The notes beneath the pieces are model-generated. The model had not been told where the DNA came from. It made no database searches and saw nothing but the letters and a program-made list of their open reading frames with translations. From assembly GCF_006345805.1 (NCBI RefSeq), contig NC_043007.1:49290001-49354000 (forward strand): a stretch of DNA of 64,000 bases, given 5' to 3'. The first letter of the stretch is position 1. Each line of letters begins with the position of its first letter. Shown one piece after another: positions 11,019 through 23,720 of the stretch. Made by a program: the position numbers and the translations under genes. Source of the stretch: Octopus sinensis. Its lineage: Eukaryota.

Positions 11019-14000
11019 TCTATACTATAATTGCGCTTTTTACGTCTAGTGTGTATGTCTGTGTCAAAATCGTGTTTCCAAACTCCTCCGCAACCACTGG
11101 ACCGATTCGACCAAACTTGGCGTGAGGAACCGTGGGTACCGAGAAAGTGTTAACATCTATATGGGATTCACGAAAATTAACCGGTCCGGTTCCAGTCTGG
11201 TAAAATCCGACAAAACGAATTACCCCTCTCTCACTATTCAGTGACTCTCCTACTATTCCTCACGCTTACTACCTCTTTCTCTTATTGGGAGCTGTAGTGT
11301 GAGGAGTGGTAATTGATAGAATTGCAAACAATGCTTCCTCTCATAACTCACTCTCTCTTAATCGGTTGCGCTCTTTCCATGTCTCCGTTGGTGTTAATTT
11401 GACGTTTCTCTCTCTGTCTGTCTGTCTCTTTCTCTCTTTCTCTCTCACACACACACACATAAGTATTACGTATCGCACTCACTCTCACACAATGTTCCCT
11501 CTCATAACTCTCTCTCTCTCTAAGACACATATTTACTACTTCTCTTACTTCATTCTCTCTTAACCGGTTGCGTTTTTTCCAATGTTTCTATCGGTGTCAT
11601 TTTGAAAAAATATATACTGTTGATCTTCGGTGAAAATTACAATTACACCATACTCGTTAAACACTATCTTAAAGTTCGATTTTTATGTCATTGAATTACT
11701 CTAAGCGAATTTGACCATAAAAATATTGGAAATTTAGTATTTTTAAAGATATTAATAAAATTTGCCGGAACTATTTTCATGCCGTCGGCCGTCGGGACTA
11801 TTTTTATGTGTGTTTACGTCGTTTCGTGTATGAATATGTTATTGAACGTACTGTCGTCTGAAACAGCATATGTAAAAAGTATGAAAATTTTGGAAACTAC
11901 GCATTCGACTGCATGAAAATAGGTTCGACTAATTTTATTATTACCTTAAAAAATACTAAATTTCCGACATTTTTATGGTAAAATTCGTTTAGAGCAATTC
12001 AACAACAAAAAAATCGCACTTTAAAATAGTGTTTAGCGAGAGTAGAGTAATTTTAAATAAATACTCAAAGTAAATATTTACAATTACCGTGGAAACTTCC
12101 CGTTCAGAGAAATTAGCTTAAATACTAGCTGAATCGTTGCAAAACTTTCACTGTATAATTGTCATAAATATTCACGCTTTCAGCAGTATACTGTGCTCAG
12201 AGAAAGAAAGGGCAACAACCTGACCCGAAAAAATTCTTATTCACAAAAGATTGCTGAGCAAAGACAACAGATGCTAATTGAAGAAAACAGACAAGGACCT
12301 AGCTCTTCTCAGTGTCTCGAAATAAAGCGAAGGAGAATGCAAGAACCCCACGCAATAGAAACACCAGAACAAACAGAGGTATGGAGAAATGCAATCGGCT
12401 GAAGAGACAGGAAACCCGTGCAATGGAAGGACCAGAAGATTCAGAAGGACGGAGAAATGCGAATCGGATGAGAACACAGGGAACCCGTGCAATGGAAAGA
12501 CCAGAAAAATAAAAAAAGAACGGAAGAATGTGAATCGGCTGAGAACACAGAAAAACCGTGCAATGAAAATACCACATTAAACAGAAGCACGACGGACAAA
12601 TACTGATCTGCTGGGGAAAGAGGAGAGGTCTCTAGGGAAAACACGTCACTGCAACACATTCAGTAGCGACAACCAGGCACGATAGCAACTGAAACTTTGT
12701 CAGCAAAGAACTGACACTGAGAGAATGGCTATGGAAGTTGATGTGGCAGATTTTCAAGAGAAAGAACGAAACCCAATCTTTATGTTGCACTACCATGGAA
12801 ACATTTTTAACAGAACATACCCTAACTGCAAAGATTACCTTAGAAGAGCTGAGAAAACTACCCCCTGCTGTGGCAAAGGAAAATTAGTAAATATAAAATT
12901 CCACAGGTAAAAAAGCCCCAGAATGAATAACTTAATATAATGATGTTAATCTATGCAGTCAAATGTTTCTGAACAAAATTCGTGACTACAATAATTTACT
13001 AGTTTATGGCTTCACTTGGACTGGATAATCCACCAATTTGACCATAGGGTGGTAGCACTTATATGACTACATTCAAGATTCAAGGAAAGTTGTACCACCG
13101 CGTAGAAAGTTTCCTACCACCAGTAAATAGGAAGCCAGTCTACACACAACTATATTTCGTTGACACTGAAAGTGAGATGAGAAACAGGTTGTCATTCAGA
13201 GGGGCTGACAATGACCTTAATGAGAACATCCTGCTAGACTTTCAGAGAGCATTGCATATGCACAATCCATATGTCAAAAGTTTAAACAGGCTATTGACAC
13301 ACTTAAGGAATACCCTGCATCAGGAAAATATTCTACCGATGATATTATAAGTCATCACAAACGGCTTATTCCTGTTGGGTCACATGAGAGAAGCTGTAAT
13401 CCATCAACTGCAGAAAAAGTTGCTGTGATCACGGTGGTGGATGATACCAATAACCCAAACATTAAACCTGTGGATGTTGCCATTTAGTACAATGCGAGCA
13501 ATGAAAAGTTAGACTACATTAGTCAAATCCACAAAGGTTATGGCTTTCTTCATTATTTACTTCTGTTTCCCTATGGAGAAGAGGGCTGGAATGCGCTCTT
13601 GAAAGACAATACCGGAAGCAAAGCTATCACTGAATGTGACTTATTCTTATCGGCTCCAGATAAGAAAGGACGAGTTCAAAGGCATAATGAAAAGTAAACG
13701 TCTGATGCAACAACATGCAGTAGATTAATATACAAAGATAGAGCAAGATCGATTACACTTCCTGAGAACTCATCAGAAACAACTTAAGGCTGAAAAGTAC
13801 CAGGGTCTTATGGATGCTATTGCAAATGGAGACATGAATGACGAAGGGTCTAAAATCATCCTTCCGCCATCACATACTGCTTCTCCTCGGTTTTACAGGG
13901 AGTGTTTTCAACCTCGAATTGCTCTGGTGAGAGAGTTTGGAAATCCAGACTACTTCATCAGTATGACAACCAACCCAAAATGGACTGAGATAACGGAAGC

Positions 14001-14201
14001 CATGTTGGCTTCTGGGAACAATGAGCATATATTTGTTTTGTTTCTAGGTACAATGTACTTGTATTGGCTTTGGTTCTGGGAACAATGTGCATATATTGGC
14101 TTTGGACTCAGGGTATAAGGGTATGAAAGGAATCTACACTGACAACATTGTGTATAAGGAAATTCTTTAATCAATCGCCCTGAAGGTGGTGATTCAGCTA
14201 G
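11019..14201 (+). mobile_element. Helitron, internally deleted, with both termini
   Basis: 5' A|TCTATACTATAA; 3' hairpin aatcgccctgaaggtggtgatt followed by CAGCTAG|T. Decayed Rep motifs: CCGKGK, FKIQGKLYHR, QLYFVD, LLFPYGEEGW, ILPPSHTASPR, PDYFISMTTNPKWTEI. Confidence 0.92.
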
Positions 14202-15400
14202 TATCGTATAAATCTGGAACTAACTATAAGTCTAAGAAGCGTAGGAGGTATAAAGGAAAACACACAAATAACAATGATGTAATCTGATATAATCCATCAT
14301 GCAATTACGTAATAGGTACTAATTTATATAAAACATTCTTTAGCATATTAGATAAGAACTTTCCCCGCCCCATCGCACAAATGTTACCCGTAAGAATATT
14401 AGAGTTTCCTATTCTACCCTTAGTACGATTGTAGCTGGCCTGAACAGAAAAAGCATAAACCTAACCCGTAACAATAGTGATAGGGATTATGATGATATAG
14501 TACCAACTGGTAATCATAATAACCTCATCGACATAAGTAATAGTAATACTAAACATTCCAATATACCCAGGGTTTATAATCCCCTTAATGCTGTTGAATC
14601 TAAAAACATTAATGGGATTGTGCCAGCTACAAATGATGGTCGTAGTGATTGTCTTGGTAGTAAGCAGCTTGTGACTGCTAATGATATAAAAACAGATTTT
14701 CACTCTAGCCCTGTCACAAATTGCGGTCATAAACTACTTTCAGTTAGCTTAGAATTATGCCCAAACGAATCCCTGTCAATTCCTGGCCCATTGCTGATAG
14801 ATTCTGATTGCATAATCCCTTCTTATCCTACGCACAATCCACCAACTACTACTCTGAATATAGCTAATAATAACGACATTAGATGTTTTAACATTACCTC
14901 TGGTAGTAACTATATGAACACTAATAGCACCCGATAGGATAATCCTTTAAGCCAAAATAGTATGAGGGATTACTCGTAATAACAATTGCGCCATGACCAA
15001 ACATAGATGCAATTGTTTCGAAAAAAAATCATGCCCGATTTCTGGTCACTGTATGGCCGAAAATGTAGTATACAGGTGTACAGTGACGACAGAGGTTAAT
15101 ACTTATACTTATATTCTTATATTTATATTTATGTATTTATAAAGCGACTACGCAACCAGCAATCGTCTTTCAAACTGAGACTTAGGGCTGGTAGAATGTC
15201 ATTAGCCACAAAGGTTTGAGAGCTCAAAGACGATAATATCGAATTCAAAATAAAATGGTATATAATTAGGGTAGCAGAACCATACTCTAACAGCAGATAT
15301 GGGTGCAGACAATGCTGTATGGAGGTCTATGAAATATTAAATAGGAGAATAGTGAAAATTTAATTAATAATAAATTGGACCTACGTCTTTCATTTATTCA
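14202..15400 (+). mobile_element. Naiad-type Penelope-like element, 3' part (linker and GIY-YIG endonuclease)
   Basis: VI*YNPSCN..GTNLYKTFFSILDKNFP, RKNIRVSYS, an Asn-rich stretch, CNCFEKKSCPISGHCMAENVVY...YI, and V*ELKD...IKWYII..AEPY...CRQCCME. Confidence 0.82.
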
Positions 15401-15781
15401 TAAAGTAACCCAAACCTTTAAATATTTTAAAGGTATTACCTAACATTTAAATTTAGTTTTTAGCCAATGTTACTACACTCATAGTCTCCCTACTTTTTCA
15501 TGTATAAGCCTGTACAATCTAATAACTGGCATGATCATCTAGTGAAATTTTTCCTATTCTCCTAATATCTATCCCTAATCATTCTATGTAAAAAGAATCG
15601 ATTATGGGTGTTGTATGTGATGCTGAAGGAACACATCATCTAACCCTATTAATCTGTGACTGAGCATTTATTTTATCCCATCGGATCTAATCATATATGA
15701 TAGAGGCCCATATATTTTAATTACCTATTAACCTTCATTACACCTACAAAGCAAAGTAGAAATGTAACTAATGGATAGCTA

Positions 15782-17019
15782 TTGGGTTGGCAACTAAGTT
15801 CCCGCCGTTTTTTAAAATTTTGGAATTTATTGCGTTTTTAAATTTTGGAATCCATTTTTATTTTGAGAATTCTATTTTTGAATCATTTTGGAATCTACTT
15901 TGTTTTTTTTTTCTTATTAATTTTAGTTAATTTTTGTTTATTTTCAGATCATTTATAAGGAATGTCAAGTTAAGAAAAACGAGCATTTTCGACACCGCTT
16001 TCTTTTTGCTTTTAATCAAGGTTCTAAGGCCGCAAAAGCTTCTCGCGACATTTGTGCTGTGTATGGAGAAGGTGCCATAACTGAAAGAACCGCTCGTGAT
16101 TGGTATGCCAAGTTCAAAAACGGAAATGTTGACCTCAAAGCGCACCTCGTTCTGGCAGTCCAGCTGAGTTCGAACGACAAGGGAACTGGCAGAGAAAATG
16201 GAATGCTCCCACACTGCTATAGAGAAGCATCTTCACTCGATGGGAAAGGTTCAGAAGTATGGAGCATGGGTTCTGCATGCTTTAAGTGACAACAACAAAA
16301 ATCAACGAGCCACAATCTCCACTGGTTTGCTTGCTCGTCACCGCTCAAATCATTGACACAAGCAACGATTTCTTTACCGAATCGTTATTGGCGATTCGGT
16401 AAAGAAATATGAGGCGGTGAAAGGAATGGCTTAGCCCCGGTAAACAAGCGATACAGTACGTGAAACAAGATCTGCATCCACGTAAAACGATGTTGTACGT
16501 ATGGTGGGACTGGGAAGGGATTATCCATTACGAATTACTTGAACGGAACCAAACGGTCAACGCGGAACTCTAAGTTCAACAGATAGAACGGCTCAACACG
16601 GCTATTCAAGAGAAAAGACCTAATCGGCAGCATGGAGTTCTTCTGCTGCACGACAACACCCACTCTCATATCGCCAATATGACCAAGGAAGCCATTCAAA
16701 CGCATGGCAGGGAAGTGCTGCCACACCCGCTGTACTCTCCTGATTTGGCACCAACGGATTTCCACCTCTTTCGATCTCTTTTAAATGCGATGAGCGGAGT
16801 TTCGTTTAATACTGATGCAGAAGTGAGAGCTTGGATCCATCTTCGAGTCGAAATCGGGTGATTTCTACCAATGAGGTGTTGAAAATCTTGTTGAACGTTG
16901 GGAAGAAGTTGTAAACAACAAGGATGAATACATTATTGATTAACTAGTTGTTATTTTTTATTAAACCTTTAAAAAATTTAAAATTTAAAAATAAAGCGGG
17001 AACTTAGTTGCCTAGTTAA
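15782..17019 (+). mobile_element. Mariner (DD34D) transposon, degenerate
   Basis: TIRs ttgggttggcaactaagttcccgc / rc ttaactaggcaactaagttcccgc with TA flanks. Motifs WYAKFKNG, LLLHDN and HPLYSPDLAPTDFHLFRSL. Confidence 0.93.
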
Positions 17020-17390
17020 TACATACCCGATAACATATACACGATACTTATCTGGTTTATCTTCCTCTCCTCTTTGTATTATGTATTGGGTAATCTGAAA
17101 TATTAGAAATTTCCATTCCCAGTGGCCTAGCGTGTAAAAATTTAGTTAATAGACTATATATTGTTCATATAAATACAGTGTACATTTAAACACAAAAGAG
17201 GTAAAAAAAAGTCTGAAACCATATGTCCAGGAGTTAGATGGTAAATGTTTTTATTTTTCATTCCATTCGAAATTTTATCCCTAATAGTGGTTTGGAATTT
17301 AACTGTTCTCTCTAACATGCAGGTAGTCCTATGATGGATACCTCTTTTGTGTTTAAATGTATACTGTATTTATATATATATATATTTATA

Positions 17391-18569
17391 CAGGGTGTCC
17401 CAAAAATTTAATGATGGCAGTCAGAATAAGCTTTGAACAAAGGAAATTCATTCTAAAATGCTACTGGAAGTGTGAAAACGCAGTTGAAGTGCAAAGACCG
17501 TTTAGGAGGGAGTTTCAAACAGATCCGCCAATGCAACTCGCCATCACTCGAATTAGAGATAAGTTTGAAGCTGATGGAACTGTTTAGAATGTCCACAAGA
17601 AGCGTTCCAGAAAAGCTGGAACATCAACAACCACTACAAAGCAAGAAGGAGTACTGGAAACGCATCACCAAAGTCCAAGAAAATCTGTGCGGCAAGCGAG
17701 TCATGAAGCAGGTATTCCAAAATCGTCTGTCCAACGCATTTTGAAGCGTTGTCAAAGGAGAAGTTACGTTCCAAGATTAGTCCAGGCGATTAATGACGAT
17801 GATCCAGACCAAAGAGTGCAAAATTGCGAGTGGTACTTGGAACGATATGTAGAAGAGGCACACTTTCCAACAAAGATTGCGTGGTGTGATGAGGCCGCAT
17901 TCAAATTATATGGTTCAATTAACCGCCTCAATTACACCTACTGGGGACCTGGAAATCCGCATGTTATGGTGGAAAACCATGTTAATTTACCAAGAGTTAC
18001 AGTGTGGTGTGGCTTATCAATCAAGAGGATTAATTGGACCATTCTTTTTTGACGCTACTGTGATTGGTCCTTGAACTTGCTGCAACAGTCTGTCATGCCA
18101 AGTATTAGATACGACTTTCAAGATGAGGAGTTTTATTTTCAGCAATATGGGGCACCCCTACAGTACCATCGCGATGTTAGATCCTTCCTTGATGAGATCT
18201 TGCCAAACAGGTGGATTTGACGAAAGGGTTTCGTTGAATACCCTTCCCATTCACCAGACCTCACATCACTAGACTTTTTTAAAAGACAAAGTCTACGCTA
18301 TGAAACCTGCAACAGTCGTCGATTGGAGAGCAGCCATTGAACGAGAAGGCACACAAATACCAAACGAATTGTTTCGTGATGTTTGCGATTCCGTTGCTTT
18401 GCGTTGTCAGCAGTTCCTGGACTAGAACAGATCTCAGTTTGAAATCGGGCGTTGACAAAAAATACAATAATGTCTGTAGATTCTATTAAACTTTGAAAAT
18501 GAATTGTATTTTAATAAACACTTATTTTACAATTATTTAAAGTGTGTATACATTTTTTGGGACACGCTG
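17391..18569 (+). mobile_element. Tc1/mariner DD41D (rosa-like) transposon, degenerate
   Basis: TIR cagggtgtcccaaaaa at both ends with TA flanks. Motifs CDEAAF, VTVWCG and QQ(Y<D)GAP...SPDLTSLD, with 41 residues between the second and third catalytic positions. Confidence 0.88.
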
Positions 18570-18999
18570 TATATATACACAGTCAAAAATATATTCAAAG
18601 ACCTTGACAAACCTTACTGTTTTATCTTCATTATCTTCTCATGATTTTAGTTATGGTACCAATAAAATTAGCTCATTAAAGCATGTATCCGTTACTAAAC
18701 TTTTTATGTATTTATCTTTCTAATCATATCTACCTATGTTTCGCTGAACCTATCTTTATCTACTTTTTTGTCATGGTATCTATCCATATGTCTTTTTATC
18801 TATCTACAAATGTATCTATGCATCTCTTATCTATTTCTTAATCTACTCATCGATCATCTGCCAATTTTCGTATTTATCCGTCCTTCAACACACACATACA
18901 CACAAAATCACAGAGTCTTATACACACATTTACGCATAAATAGATTAATACATACTATAGGGAGGGAGAGAGAGAGAAAGAGAGTGGGAGACAGAGTTA

Positions 19000-20760
19000 G
19001 GAAGGCGCATAACTTAGTGGTTAGAGCAGGGTTGTCAAACTCATTTTAGCTTCAGGATGTCATTTAGGTGCTTATGTGTGGTCGTTGAGTGCAGTTTTGT
19101 TTTATTGATGCTCATTACAAAGAAAACTTGTTCACAATGGTAGGTAGATCCAAATATGCACTAAACTTTCGTAGCAAAGGCTGTCAATTTGGGGTATTTT
19201 TTCAAGAAATACTGATAAAATGTGCTCAAGTCCACCGAGATAAATTTGTTCTTTAAATCTGAATCACACTGCAAGTCAATCATTTCAAGTTGGATGCTGA
19301 CGGGCAGATCAGAGGCGTTGACTGTAAATGGTGAGCGAAATACTGTAAAATATGTCTCAAGTTCATCAAAAATCTTAAACCGTTGCTGAAACCCTCGCAG
19401 CAATACCGTGATATTGTCTTTGTACCGATTCATGTCAACATTATCTGCGGTCGCAACCACATCTTTTAGACAACGAAAATGAATGGGTCACCACCTGACA
19501 ATTGTGTCTCCTACAAAGTTAGCTTCCACTTGAAGGCGCGTATGCTTTCAAAATACTGCGTGAGAACGTCTTTAAGGCCTTGCAACATTTTGTTCAGATT
19601 ATTCAAGTGCTCTGTAATATCCTCGTTAAATGCTAAATGTTGCAGCCATTCTGGTGATTGAAAATCTAACACTGGTTTGCCCTTATTCTCCATGAACTGT
19701 TCAATTTTTTCTCGTGGGTTAAAGGAACGCTTCAACACGTCACCTCGGCTTAACCACCTTACTTCGGTTTGATATGGCAAGCCATAGATAAAGCCTATAT
19801 AGCTCAGAAAATTGTGAAACTGACGGTGATTCAAACTTCTATTTCGGATGGAAAAAGTCTGTTGCTTCTCAAGACGTACAATTTCTGCAGCCTTCTGTAT
19901 GTATATTTTCACGAATTCATCCTCACAGTACAGCTTTGATGCAACAAGGTAGCTAGCTTTTACAGCTGCCTCACTGATATCTCGACTTTGGGTTAAAGCA
20001 GGCTGTTGTTTCTTCAGATCCGCTAACAATATATTTACCTTCTCTCTTCTCATTTGTCCTTGCAAGTTATTGTATTTATCAGCACGATGAGTTTCATAGC
20101 GGCGCCCAACGTCATATTCTTTGAGCACTGAAACCTGTTGCGAATACACCAAGTACACAGCTTTCCCATTCACCTCCACGAATAAATAGGAAAAGGACCA
20201 CTTTTCTTGAAATAATCTATACTCTGTATCCACTTTTCTCCTTTTTGAATTAATTATTTAAAAATATATTTGTTTCAACAAGTTTATATTAATCGAAGGG
20301 AATTATTCTATTAGAAATTGAATCATTGACTCTATCATCAGTCATACTCAAACAATCAACATTCACAATAATAAGTAACTAAATATATAATTTTTACACT
20401 TTCCAAAGTCTTCTCGCGGGCCGGATGAAACCCTGCAGCGTGCTGGTTCCGGTTTTCGGGCCATATGTTTGATACCCCTGGTTTAGAGCGTCGGGCTCGC
20501 AACCAGGAGGTGGTGAAACAATTTATTTCACATTACTCCAGTTCACTCAGCTGTAGAAATGAGTTGCGACGTCACTGGTGTCAATCTGTATTAGCTTTTG
20601 TCTTTCTCTTGGATAGCATCGGTGGCGTAAAGAGAGGAGACTGGTATACATGGCGACTGCAGGCCTTCTATAAATAACCTTGCCCAAACTTGTGCCTGAC
20701 AGGGGAATTTTCTAGGTGCAATCCCATCGTTATTCATGACCGAAGGAGGACTTTACTCTT
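19000..20760 (+). mobile_element. tRNA-derived SINE split by the hAT insertion (19000-19026 plus 20481-20760)
   Basis: Removing the hAT element rejoins ggaaggcgcataacttagtggttagag with cgtcgggctcgcaaccaggagg (A-box region). The body ccagttcactcagctgta is also present at ~50260-50280. Confidence 0.65.
19027..20480 (-). mobile_element. hAT (SPIN/GTF2IRD2-like) deletion derivative inserted into a SINE head
   Basis: TIRs cagggttgtcaaac / rc caggggtatcaaac; TSD ggttagag/gtttagag (7/8). ORF 19511-20233 has FQEKW...LKEY and YQTEVRWLSRG. Confidence 0.9.
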
Positions 20761-20782
20761 TACCTTTTTATATGTGTGTATA

Positions 20783-21293
20783 CAAGGTTGGTGGAAAGTA
20801 AGTAGGCATTAGAAGTTACTTACAGAATTATTTGTTACTAAAATCAACGCGTCAAGCAGCTCGTGAAAGTAGACTGACAAAATACACAATACATACGGTG
20901 TTGAATAAAGAATTCAATTTTCGCCCGTAGAAACCCCATTACGTGCAGGGGCTAAAGAAATCCAGATCTCACGCCTTGTGATTTTTGCCTGTGGGGTTAC
21001 ACAAAAAAGGTGTACAAGACAATACAAGACAAAACCTCGCACGCTGGAAGGTTTGGAGACACGGATTCTGGAGATTCAATGATATCCCAGACGACGTCCT
21101 ACAGAAGGTTGTTCATTCCATCTCTGGCCGTTTGAGCAAACAGGTTGACGCCACCGGTGCTTACGTAGAAATATGAAGATATAGTTTCATTTCCCCATGT
21201 AATAAAGACCGTATAATTTGTTTCAATAAATTTGTAAAAGGAATAAGGATTTTATTACCAATTTTAATGCCTACTTACTTTTCACCTACCCTG
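20783..21293 (+). mobile_element. Short deletion derivative of a Tc1/mariner (DD41D-like) element
   Basis: ~32-bp TIRs caaggttggtggaaagtaagtaggcattagaa / rc cagggtaggtgaaaagtaagtaggcattaaaa with TA flanks. Internal remnant PDLTPCDFCLWGY. Confidence 0.82.
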
Positions 21294-21301
21294 TATATAC
21301 A

Positions 21302-22464
21302 CAGGGGTTGGACAAAATAATGGAAACACCTTAAAATTTGAAACAAATTTATTTTAATATGAGGTAGGACCGCCTTTGGCAGTAATTACAGCTTGGATTC
21401 TATGTGGTATGGACTCGTACAAAGTTTGAATTGTTTCCAAAGGAATTTTTGTCCATTCTTCAGCTAAAACAGTCTTGATGGTGGAGGATATCGACTCCTT
21501 ACTTGTTTTTCTTAAATGGACCATAAATGTTCAATAATATTGAGATCTGGGGACTGTGGTGGCCAGATAAGATGTTCAACTTCCCTAGAATGTTCCTCAT
21601 GCCATTCAGTAACAACTTTAGCTGTGTGAATTGGTGCACTATCATACTGAAATATTTCGTTTACCTCCGGAAGGATTTCCAAGACATAGCCCACCGAATC
21701 ATCACAGATCCTCCTCCACGTTTAACAGTTGGGAGAAGGCAGTCTCGGTCAAATGCTTCTTTTGGCTGTCTCCACACGTATACTCGGCCGGTGGTCGGAA
21801 ATAGAGTAAAGGATGACTCGTCCGAGAAAATAACATTCTTGCGCTGCTCTAGGGACCAATTCTGTAGGTTTTTACTCCACTCTAAACGCTTTGCAACGTT
21901 TGTTTTTGAAAGTAGTGGTTTTCTGATTGCAGCCCTCCCGTGAAATCCGGCTTTGTGCAGCTCCCGGTGAACAGTTTTTGTGGAAACTGGGTTCTCGAGG
22001 TGGTCATTAAGCTCTTCAGTAATTTTGGGAGCTGTACGTTTGTGATCCTTTCTAACAATTCGCGTAAGAGTCCGTCGGTCCTTATCTGAAAGTTTTGGTT
22101 TTCTTCCGGAGTTTTGTTTCGACGAGGAGTTTTTCCCTCTTTCCCAAGGACTGTCATTACTTTCGAGACAGTACTTCTTGATACACCAAACATTTCGGTT
22201 GTTTTTGTTACGCTAGCGCCTGCCATACGACCACCAACAATTTGACCTCTATGAAAGTCCGATAGATCTGTCATTTTAATGAATTTTAATTACCTTTTTC
22301 TGATGATATCTGAAACGAAACAGTAATCTTAGCAAAATATATTAAGCAACACTAATAATTAATAAAAAAAACATAAAAATAAACAAGGTTGTGATAGTTT
22401 TATAGATATTTCAAAATTATGATGCTATGATGCTAGGTGTTTCCGTTATTTTGATCAACCCCTG
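21302..22464 (-). mobile_element. Tc1 (DD34E) transposon, degenerate
   Basis: 30-bp TIRs caggggttggacaaaataatggaaacacct. ORF fragments MTDLSDFHRGQIVG...GVSRSTVSKV and FQYDSAPIH...WPPQSPDLNIIEHLW. Confidence 0.92.
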
Positions 22465-22468
22465 TATG

Positions 22469-22543
<75 letters not shown>

Positions 22544-23119
22544 GCATACATACATAAATACATACATACTTACATACATACATACATACATGCATACATA
22601 CATACAGAGGGGGATTAATAGATAAATAGATACCCGCTACACTATATACGAAGAAGTACACGTACACATACAATCATACACGCCCACACACTCACACATA
22701 AATGTTAAACATACATATGTGAGTGTGTATACATCAGCATATGCAAATGTGTAGACAGGCCTGGACATACATACTCACTACAGATAATTAAGTAAATATA
22801 GAAACCGTTGTGAAACACGTATGAAATTAATCGAGCATGCGAATGAATATTGATAATTTAGTGTATAAATGATAATGGAGAAAGGTCACCCTGATACATA
22901 TGACAGACAATGGAACTTGATTAATTTCTAAACAAAGTTACATATTCATATAAAATAATGTATGGCTTCGAAAATAGAGAAGTAAATTCATTAAGAAAAA
23001 GAACAGTAAAAAGGTTGACTAAGAGAAAAAGAACAATACTGTGTGGGATCTAGAGTTCATAAATGAAATAGTTTAGATATACATATTCTTTTCTACTCGA
23101 AATTTTGGGCCCGAAATTT

Positions 23120-23720
23120 TTGGGGAGGAGCCCAGTCGATTTGATTTACCCCAGTACTTAATTTATCGACCCCGAAAGGGTGGAAGGCAAAGTCGACCTC
23201 GACGGAATTTGAATTCAGAACGTAAAGACAGTCTAAATACCCATTTCTTTAGTACCCACAAGAGGCTAAACACAGACAGGACAAACAAGGACAGACAAAC
23301 GGATTAAGTCGATTATATCGACCCCAGTGCGTAACTGGTACTTAATTTATCGACCCCGAAAGGATGAAAGGCAAAGTTGACCTCGGCGGAATTTGAACTC
23401 AGATCGTAGCGGGAGACGAAATACCTATTTCTTTACTACCCACAAGGGCTAAACACAGAGAGGACAAACAAGGACAGACAAACGGATTAAGTCGGTTACA
23501 TGGACACCAGTGCGTAACTGGTATATTATTTAATCGACCCCGAAAGGATGAAAGACAAAGTCGACCTCGGCGGAATTTGAACTCAGAACGTAGCGGGAAA
23601 CGAAATACGGCTACGCATTTCGCCCGGCGTGCTAACGATTCTGCCAATATAAAAATATTAATCCTTTCGACAATAGGCACAAGACGTGAAATTTCGCCTG
23701 GCGTGCTAACGTTTCTACCA
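23120..23720 (-). mobile_element. Tandem multimer of a tRNA-derived SINE (183-bp period)
   Basis: Three units containing tcgaccccgaaaggatgaaaggcaaagtcgacctcggcggaatttgaactcag; gctaaacacag recurs at 23265 and 23448. Confidence 0.85.

Noticed and set aside
15070-15100. piggyBac-like end (cagaggTTAA)
   Set aside because: It lies inside the GIY-YIG coding frame (VVYRCTVTTEVN), and there is no partner TIR.
14285-15230. In-frame TGA codons in the Naiad-type ORF as possible selenocysteine
   Set aside because: Both TGAs (VI*YNP and KV*ELK) fall at positions where Trp is expected, not Cys, so TGG-to-TGA decay is the simpler explanation. No SECIS was identified.
22298-22322. CTGATGA...GAAAC hammerhead-like string
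   Set aside because: No stem II can form between the core motifs, and it lies in the non-coding end of a Tc1 element.
23120-23720. CRISPR-like repeated units
   Set aside because: The units are 183-bp SINE multimers without unique spacers, in a eukaryotic context with no cas genes.
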